Assembly: GCA_016748015.1 (NCBI GenBank)
Contig: JAAOMT010000414.1
Location: 90,481 to 154,480 of the forward strand
Source of the DNA: Geosiphon pyriformis uo1
Taxonomy: Eukaryota > Fungi > Glomeromycota
Length of the DNA stretch: 64,000 nt
Direction of reading: 5' to 3'
This document shows positions 54,501-64,000 of this stretch, one piece after another; the stretch's first letter is position 1, and each line of letters begins with the position of its first letter. The notes under the pieces were generated by a model. That model ran no database searches. It was not told where the DNA came from and saw only the letters and a list, made by a program, of their open reading frames with translations. The position numbers and the translations under genes are program-made.

Positions 54501-57500
54501 CCAAAGGCCAAAACTGACACAACAGAGCTGGAGATTGTTGATGGTAGTCCATCAACTGATCCCCAGTTCCTTAACCCAGCCATCAAAATCTTGACAATGA
54601 AATTCGGGCACCAGGTACACCCAAAACCCGAATGTCCAACAGTATTTAAGTCTTCTAATTACCCCGAAAGATGCCTTACCTAACAACTGGAAACCTAAAC
54701 AAAAGCAGCCACTTACCAATAATATTCTGCCAGCAACTATTTCCAATAATGAATCTCTAGTAGCTATTTTTCCTTTTGAATTCAAGGAAACCACACCAGT
54801 CCCATTATTCAGTGGAGCCACTCTTGACACCAAACTGATCACTGCCATGTACACTGATGCAAAAGTGGATGGTCATGCCATCAAACTGATTCTAGACAGT
54901 GGATCAGCTGGCAGCATCATTACACAACAACTCATGGACCAATTAGGTTGCCAAGTTGATTACACTGCCAGTGTATGCATAATTACTGTTGATGGAACAA
55001 CCAAAACTCCCATCGGTGAGATTGATGACCTCCCAATAGAAGTCAATGGCATCATAGTGCCAATCAAAGTATTAGTTATGGAAGCCACCTAATATCAAGC
55101 TCTAGTTGGGAACAATTAGCTGTCTAAAACCAACATAACACTTAACTGGACCACTCAAGAGTTGCAAATCAGTCAAAATGGCCAACATATGCAAACACCA
55201 GCAATGTGTGGTCATTTTAAGACCACTAATGTGCCAACACCATTAATAGAACTCAAAGAAAAGATAAGCAAACCTTTTTGAAAAGCCTATCAAGTATCAT
55301 GGGCTGACAAGGACCACAACAAACTACTGCCAATACTTTCTTGAGACAACAATGAAAAAAAAACACAAAAAAAAAAACTTACCTGGAATGCAAACCAAAC
55401 CTGGGAAACTAACAATGGCTCAGACAAATTACCAACTTGGAAATAGGAAAAAACCAACAAAGGGAAAGGAAAAAGGAAAGAAGAAGACCTACTTAAAAAA
55501 ACCACTACCATGAAAGAAACAACTAGTGATTGGGAAAGAGAGTACTCACAGAAACCAATAATAGAACCACCATACATACCTCTCAAATGCAAAGACTATA
55601 GAAAAAAACTTTCTTCCATGGGAGCTTGGGTTGTGCCAAATAAAGATTACTGGATGTAAACTTACTATTACTGCAAGTTATGCCACAAAGAATGTTATGG
55701 CTATCCAAAGTAACAAGGCAAGTGGGACAATAAACCATGTTTTGATTGTGGAGAACAGTTGCTTGATAAAGGAATGTGAAATAACATTTCTGGTCAAAGA
55801 GAAATGTGCAACACTTTGTGCCAATACACAATCTTCATTAACAACTGGGTAAGTCATAGAACATCTGTTACTGCCACCTGGCACCAAGCAATCTCCCACT
55901 TGGACAGTTATCCACACAATGAAAACAAGATTGGTGGATAACGAACACCAAAATAGAAGGCACCATGCCCAGTGAAATATTAGAAATCAAGAACAACCCC
56001 CCAGAACCAGTCAACATTGTATTGGTTCCCAACCCAGACACTTTCTTGGATCTGGAAACAAATCCAGAAGAATTTCATGAGCACTATCAAAATTTAGCAC
56101 CCACTAGAGAAGAATAAAAGCAGCATTTAGAGCAGTTGAATACTTGATTATGTCAACATTACTTAATTTTCAGTGACTTTCAATATTGTAACAAGTGTGA
56201 CTTTATTTACAATTCACCAACATGCATGATTTATACAATCCTGGAAGAAAAAGAACCAATTAGCAGCTACGCATCAGAATCGGGATCAACTTTCAATCCT
56301 GATTCAAACTCTAATAATGATGACAATGAAAATAACAGTTCTAGCTCTATTCAAAATGGCAATGAAAATTATAATAATTCAGACTTTGATTCAAACCCCA
56401 AAACATATATCATGCTTTCTGACCTTTCTAAAAAATAGGAACTTAAATAGTTCAGTGATACCAATGAAGGTATTATACCAGAACGTGCACATGATACTGA
56501 TGCTGGGTTCAATCTGAAATATCCAAAGAAGGATGTCATCAAATTAAAACCACACTTGTGCATATACATTAATCTCAAAATAGCATTAGAAATCCTAGCA
56601 ACAATAATGGTTCAACTAGCATCTAGAAGTAGTTTAGCAAAAAAAGGAATTAACATCAGAGGAGAAATAATTGATACAGGATACATAAAAATATCATTGC
56701 AATGCTACAAAATAATTCAGAAAAAGCCTATGTCATAGAGCCAAATAAAAAGATACACAAGTAATATTCCTGTCTTTGGTAAAAATAGCTCAATTAGTAT
56801 TAATAGAAAACAGAAAAAAGTTAGGGATTATGGCTAGAGGGATACAAGAATTTGGATCAACAGATAGAATAGATGTACCAGTTAATATGACAGAGAAAGA
56901 TATTATTAACAAAGGAAAAATTATTTCCACCCATCAACCAATTTCTATTCTACCATATGACCAGTACATGATAATTATAAAAAGAAAAATAAAGGATCAG
57001 GTTCAGATTTTTGAGGCAGAAGCAACACTTTGCAAATCAGAAGAAATTGGTTTGGTTAACTTATACATACCAGCAAAAAATCATAGTCACATCAAAATCC
57101 TCATTTATAACAACACAGGAGATATCATTGAGATACTAGCAGGAACCACCATCAGATACTTGACCACAAAAATTAAAGACCAATTTCTAGACACCATTCC
57201 AGACTTTCCACAACTGTGTGGATATATAGACATTATATCACAAACAATATATAGATGAAAAAAATGTTATCTGCTTCAACCAAAACAGTTGGAATAGATA
57301 AACATGGAAAACTTGGATTTACTTTAATATATATAGCTCAAGATGTTGCTCAACAACTTTAATAACATCTTTGTCAATGAAAATAAATTTGGCAGAACTA
57401 ATATCATCTAATACCAGATCAAAACTGAAGATGCAATGCCAATCAAACAAAGAACATACAGAGTACCACCAGCCAGCCATGAAATTATTTGTCAAGAAAT

Positions 57501-58730
57501 CAATTGGATGCTTGACAACAGATTAATTTAATCATCAATAAGTTCATAATCATCACCAGTGGTATTAGTCCATAAAAAAATGAGAAAATCTGCTTTTGTG
57601 TAGATTACTGGAAATTGAATGGAGTAACCAAAGGTAATAGCTACCCAACTCCAAAGATTCAAGAGCTGTTTGACACTTTTGGAAAGAAGAAATGGTTCTT
57701 AACTTTAGACTTAAATAGCAGTTACTGGCAAGTAGCCATGAAACCAGAAAACAAAGAGAAAATGGCTTTTACAACTTGAGAAAGAATTTTTGAATTTGAA
57801 GTAATGCCATTTGGCTTGATAAATGCACTAGCAATATTCCAATGATTAATGGAAATTGTATATACTGGGCTACTATGGAAATCAGTAGTCATATACTTGG
57901 ATAACACCAATGTGTTTTTAAAAAGATTTGATAATCATCTGCATCATTTCTAACAAGTATTTGAAAGACTAAGAAGAGCCAAATTAAAACTAAATGCAAC
58001 CAAATGTTTCTTTGGAAAAACTGAACTCAAGTTTTTGAGACATGTAGTAAGCAAAGATAAAATCAAAACAGATTCAAACAAGATTGAAACTGTCAAGAAC
58101 TTTCTAGTACCAAATAATCTCACAAAATTAAGAGCATTCTTGGGATTTGTGGAATACTACTGTTGTTTTATCAAAAACTTTTTAAAAATAGCTCAACCAC
58201 TACACCAACTCCAAACAAAAAACACCAAATATGAATAGACAGAAATTCAGCAAGAAGCTTTTGATACATTAAGAAGAAAGCTTATTCAACTCCCAATACT
58301 AATTTATCCGGATCATAGCAAGCCATTTATAATCACAACTGATGCATCTGGTTAAGCATTGGAAGCAGTATTATCTCAGAAAAGACTGGACAGACAAGAA
58401 CATCCAGTAGCTTATGCCAGTAAAAGCTTAAATCCAGTTGAAAAGAACTATGGAACTCCAGCATTGGAACACTTAGCTATCTATTGGGCTGTCATTAAAT
58501 GGAAAAAATACTTGAGTCAAAAATTTGACATATATACTGATCACAAAGGATTGACTTTAATTCAGAAACAAAAATTTGCAGATGATTATCATGCCAAATG
58601 GAAAATAGAACTTTTACCATTTAATTATACAATATATTATAAAAAAGGAAAAAAAAATGGAAATGCTAATGGATTGTTGTGAATAAAACAAATCTAAAAA
58701 AAACATTTCAACTCAAAAATATAACAAAAG

Positions 58731-60106
58731 ATGAATATACAAAAATATTAACAACTCCAACATTATATAGATACCCAATTATTCAAGGAAAAATTATCTC
58801 AAAAAGAACAAAACAACATAAAACAACAATCAAAATATTTTATCAACCATCAAAATATATTTTATCAGAAGAACAAAAGAAATCCAGATCAACTAATCAG
58901 AGTAGTTACAGAACCAGAGAAAAAGACAATATTATTCCACATGCACTGAGATTCAACAGCAGGATATTTTCATAAAGAAGCAACTATGGAAAGAATCAGA
59001 AAAAAATACTATTGGCCATCAATATATTCGAATATTATTCAGTATGTTTAAAATTGTGATGCTTGTCAAAGAAGAAGTGAAACAAAACCCAGTAAACCAT
59101 TGAGACCAATCAAAGTAGGACAACTATTCAACCATATCAGAATTGACTTAGTTGGATTATTAACAATTACCAGCAGAAGCAACAGATATATTGTGATAGC
59201 CATGAATTATCTTACAAAATAGCCAAAAGCAAAAGCCATTCAAAGAGCAGATGCAGAATCCATTGCCAAATTTGTTTATCAAGATTTGATCTGTTGACAT
59301 AGATGTCCAAAAGAACTATTATCAGATTAAGGAACCCACTTTGTAAACAAAACATTGACAGAATTAAGTTAAAGATTTGGAATTAAAAGACTATTGTCAT
59401 TATCATATTATCCACAAATTAATGGATTAGTCAAAAGATTTAATAGAACACTGTATGAAGCAATTGCTAAGATTAATCAAGAAAACCAGAATGAATAAGA
59501 TTTGTTTATACCATCAGTATTATTTGCTTATTGGACAATGAAGCAAAACACTACACAAGCAATACCATTTGAATTAGTATACAGTAGAACAACAATATTA
59601 CCAGTTGAAATAGAAGTCAACACTTATCCAACAGAACCAATAACTGAAGACAATTTTCAGAAAATGTTGCTAAGAAGAACATATGACTTGATAGAAACAT
59701 TAGAAAACAAATGGCGAAAAGCAGCTGATAACATCCAAAAGTCACAAAAAAAACAAAAAAAAAGACATGATAACCAACTACCAGAAAAACCAGTTGAATT
59801 CAAAATTGGAGACAAAGTACTTTTATATTGTACCAAAGCGGAAAAACAATGAAATAGAAAATTTGACTCCAAATAGAACAGATCATTTCACATAGAAAAA
59901 ATTCTTGAAAATAGAGCTTATAAATTAAGATAGAACAACAAAATCTTAGCCAAAGCAGCACATGGTGATTGACTGAACCATATTACTATATAGTGTTACC
60001 ATCCACCAATAATATTCCACAATTAAGAGTATAAAGAATACTAGTCCAACCAGATGAGATTCCACAAGATCTGAAACCAATCATAATTATTGGACCAAAC
60101 ATGTAA
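58731..60106 (+). pseudogene. Integrase ORF of E with its own ATG
   Basis: MNIQKY..LQHYIDTQLF...MHxDSTAGYF..CDAC...IDL...EKQ...IIIIGPNM*. Confidence 0.85.
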
Positions 60107-60166
60107 AATTGAATAATAAAAAGAGGATATAAAGACATAATAGACGCGACAGAAGACTTCAGAAAA

Positions 60167-60792
60167 ATGGAAATCACTAACAACATTCACTTATTAGCAC
60201 AACAAATTTTCCAACTGATTTAACAACAAAATATGGAAATTACTATCAATCAACAAACTATTTAATACTGAGATACTAGAAAGATATCCAAATACAAAAG
60301 TCAAAAAAAAACAGAAAACATTATTAACAAAATGGTTCTGAAAATAAAATTAGCAATAGAAGAACCAACAAGTATTACCATATATCAAGAGTTGACCAAA
60401 GAAACTTGGAAATGATGAATACACAAATTTCCAAAAAACTTTTGTTATTTCTACTTGGGACAACACTTGAATATTCAGAACTTATACATGGACAAAACAA
60501 GACAATTATTTAACACAACAATACTGCAACAACTAAAACAATTTGTGGAAAAAAATAATTTGACCACACAAGTAAGAGCCATCTATAGACTACATATGGA
60601 ATTTCAAGACAGACTAGAAATCTTACTTAATTCAGAATTGGACTCTATTACAGTTAACCAGATAGGAAAAATAACCAACACCCAATTTGAAGAATTACAG
60701 AACAAGATAACCCAAGCAATTCTTAAAAAAGAAGTTCAAGAAATATTCAATGGCAGAGAATTAAAGTTAGGAGATTTGGGAGATCTTGATAG
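60167..60792 (+). pseudogene. ORF3 of E (unknown protein)
   Basis: ATG 60167 is in frame with track ORF 60455-60847: MEITNNIHLLAQQIFQL...CYFYLGQHLNIQNLY...VRAIYRLH...ITVNQIGKITNTQFEEL. Confidence 0.75.
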
Positions 60793-63700
60793 TGTTACTT
60801 ATAAAAAGAAAACAGATATAAAAAATAGCAGATCAATAAGAGAATAATATTTAGCATGTGAGCATATTGCTTAGTAATATGGAGCAATATCAAAAATCAT
60901 AGCACATTGCTTAGCAATATAGAGCAATATCAGAAAGCAATATCAGAAAGCATGGCACATTGTTCAGCAATGTGGAGCGATGTTAGAAAATTAGGGCACA
61001 TTGTTCAGCAATGTGAGCATTGCTCAAGAAATCATAGCACATTACTCAAGAATGTGAGCAATCTTGTAGAACATCAATTATGTATATATAGCAGTAGCAT
61101 TAGAAGTAGAAAGAGCAGAATCTTTTGGTTAAAAATTTTCCATCCACAAATATTAAATAAATAAATTATTCACCATCCAAATCCACTCTCCACTATCAAC
61201 ACTTCATATTGATAGTAATTGATACTTAACCATGTTGGAACAATAGTTCTTGATCATAGCTATTGATAAGATACTAACTTGTACATCGTCTTGGCTTATT
61301 TCTTTATTTTCTTTTATTTCTTTTTTTCTTTAATTTTGTTGTTGTATATTAACTGATTAAAAATTAAAGCACTGAGTAATTAACGTCACAAATAGTCTGG
61401 TAAAAGACCCAGAAATAAGAGTAAAATTATATATATATTAACAGATAGCTTACCAGAAAGGCACAAATGCCAGAATAAACCAGCCACCAAGCTGAAAACA
61501 GAAATTGGGAACACAACTCACCAACCAACTACATTGTCATTGAATTTCTGTCTATTATACAAAGAACTCAATGCTAAAACCTTCAGATACAACCAACATA
61601 CCAATAACACCAGCTTTGTCAAGATATTGAGCACCAAGTTACAGATTTGTTATTTGATTTGAGGCCCCAAATAATCATTTGTAACATTTGATGCTCTCTG
61701 TGAGATATAATCTTACAGAGAACCAGTACCAACAACACCCATCCAAACAGTGGCAGAATTTAAAGAAACAGGAACAAATCATTTAGAATTTGCGAAATCC
61801 TTATTCCAACACTACTGTCAACATTTAGGATTAATCAACAACCACTTATCAGCAAAATCAGCTTTTAATTTCTACATCCACAAGAAAATCTCATATTTAT
61901 TAGGAGTACCAGTAGAAACCAACTCAGCCAGAAAAAACTTCTACAATGAATTAATCCAGAATACCAGCCTATCAACAAATTACAATTTCACAGCAATTCT
62001 CACTAAAATCAATAAAGAAATTGAAATTTACACTCAACAAAGATATTTAATTACCTATGTAAACAAAGGCAAAGGAAAACTGCAAACACCAGCAGTAACA
62101 CCCAAAAAGATACAACCACCCACTTGGAAGAAAACAAGAGTTGAGTCACCAATTAATCCATCATATTATTATACACCCAAAAGTGCCATCAATATTACAG
62201 ACGCATCCACATCAAACACAACATCAACCTTTGGACAATTTTTATTTCAGAGTAAACAAAAGAAAGAAGATCTTCTAGGACTATACGGCGCATATTTCAA
62301 AAGATTTAAGTCTCAATTGCTTATGCCATCAGGACTCCAATCTTCACTACCCCAACCAGATTTCAGAACTGCGAGTTTCTAAGACGTAACAGAATCAGAA
62401 AAAGACCAAGAAGAAAAGGAAGAAGAATCTGAAGATTAAGAATTTACTTACCAGAACCTGATCACTGGAAATTGAAACCCTAAACTTTCAGACTTAGCAA
62501 AATCTAAGTTTAAAAAATCCAGAAATTAAAACTCCAAATTTTCAAATGCAGCACAATCAAAACAATCAAAACTCCAATCTAATTAATTAACTGGACCTAC
62601 CTCCTGTTATCATTATTAACCCACCACCAGTTGAACCAATTGGCCAGCCACTACAACAACTACACCAGCAGATTCAACAGCCACTAATACCATTTCAACA
62701 ACCACCACAACCCAACTTAGATCCAATGGCATACACACCAATAGCCAAACTCAAAAAATTTACTGGCAAAGAGAACAATGTCCAAGTATGGCTAAATGAT
62801 ATGGAGAAAGCCATTGCAGCTAATGGATAGAATGACACCAGAGCCATGCAAGCCATCTCATATTTTCTCCAGAATACTGTCAATTTATGGTACCAAAGTC
62901 TGGTTAACAAACCCCAAGATTTTAATGCATTTAAAATTGAGTTTTTAAAATACTTCAGCAACAATAACAGCATTAACAAGCTAGCAAACATCTTCACTAC
63001 TATCAAACAAGAAGAAAATGAAGCAGTCACTATTTACTTAGAATGCTTCCATAGAAATCTGTGCCAGATCCAAGCCATTAATGCCAATTATTTTACAGTA
63101 GCCCAGATCCTAAATCAGTTTATTCACAGATTATACAGCAGCATCCTGCAATGCATATGTCCAATGCATCCCATCGATCTGCAAGCAGCTGTCACAAACA
63201 CCAGAGATTTTGAAGCCACTGAATTAGAAGCCAACCATGTCCAAGCCATTAATCTAGTAATGAATGGATCATCTGAATTGGATTCCAAATTGAAACAATT
63301 TAGCAATTCTATCAATTATAAATTAAAGGGATACTTAACTGACAATCACACAATTTATCAACCACCACAACGATGCAATAATTCTGGAAATGTGAATCAC
63401 TTCCAGAATCAGTCACATCCATCATTATTGACCAATCAACAGTGGCAACAGAAAATGCATGTTTGCTACTATTGTGGTAGACAAGAACACCTACAAATCA
63501 ATTACCACTATTGCTTAAATAACCAACAATTAGGAAATTAATATCAAAACCCTGATCACCAGTTTCAAATTCCGAATAACCCACCAAACTCAGAACCATA
63601 TCATCAGAATTACTTACCTATGATGCAACAGCCACCTTATCAATCACCAGTATATCAAATGCCAATTTATTAGCTGTAGTCACAACCAATTTATTAGCCA

Positions 63701-64000
63701 CAGCCACAACCCAATTATCAGCCACAGCCTCAGGTAATATATTAGCCCCAACAAATTCAAATACCACTACAGAACTTACCTCAAAATGGAACCCAAAGGC
63801 CAAAATTGACCCAACAAAGCTAGAGATCATCAATGGTAGTCTATCAACTGATCCCCAGTTCTTCTATACAACCAGCAGGATCTTGACAATGGAATTTGGG
63901 CACTGGATACACCCAAAACCCGAATTCTTAGAACTATTTAAATCTACTGGTTACCTTAAAAGACACTCAACCCAATAATCTGGAATCCAATCAATACCCA
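60793..64000 (+). mobile_element. 5' part of LTR retrotransposon F (LTR 60793-61686, PBS, gag), continuing beyond the window
   Basis: A-type LTR with palindromic U3 repeats, PBS at ~61689, gag GTG 61750, capsid ORF 62846-63541 with zinc knuckle. Confidence 0.88.

Larger units (their letters stand above)
51558..60792 (+). mobile_element. LTR retrotransposon E (LTR 51558-52389, gag-pol, IN, ORF3), nested in D and interrupted by F
   Basis: LTR plus PBS tggtgctccctgtg; gag GTG 52453; PR 54847; dUTPase ~56480-56860; RT-RH to TAA 58697; IN 58731-60106; ORF3 from 60167. Confidence 0.9.

Overview
Eukaryotic, very AT-rich transposable-element graveyard, probably from an early-diverging fungus. The element proteins look to me like Glomeromycotina (e.g. 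Geosiphon) repeats, but this is recollection and inference, not a search result. Only the last two exons of one host gene (25-563) are ordinary genic DNA. The rest includes a decayed Tc1/mariner-IS630-type DNA transposon (659-2829), two families of solo LTR, a full-length RNase H-bearing LINE (37708-44523), and at least eight nested or truncated copies of a dUTPase-carrying Ty3/Gypsy-like LTR retrotransposon lineage. The copies are labelled A 3529-20870, B 5891-12153 (minus), C 21677-32183, H 34411-36412, G 36413-46237, D 46238-, E 51558- and F 60793-; where both flanks are visible the TSDs are 4 bp. Nearly all ORFs are riddled with C>T/G>A-derived stops. Comparing copies reconstructs an unusual retrovirus-like layout. 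ORF1 is N-terminal extension-CA-NC-PR-multi-zinc-finger domain-dUTPase-degenerate dUTPase-RT-RNase H and ends at a conserved stop. Integrase follows as a separate ORF2 with its own ATG, and an uncharacterised ORF3 sits in the env position behind a conserved TATA-like box. The LTR carries a covarying hairpin with a 2+6+1 palindromic loop resembling a retroviral dimerisation signal.
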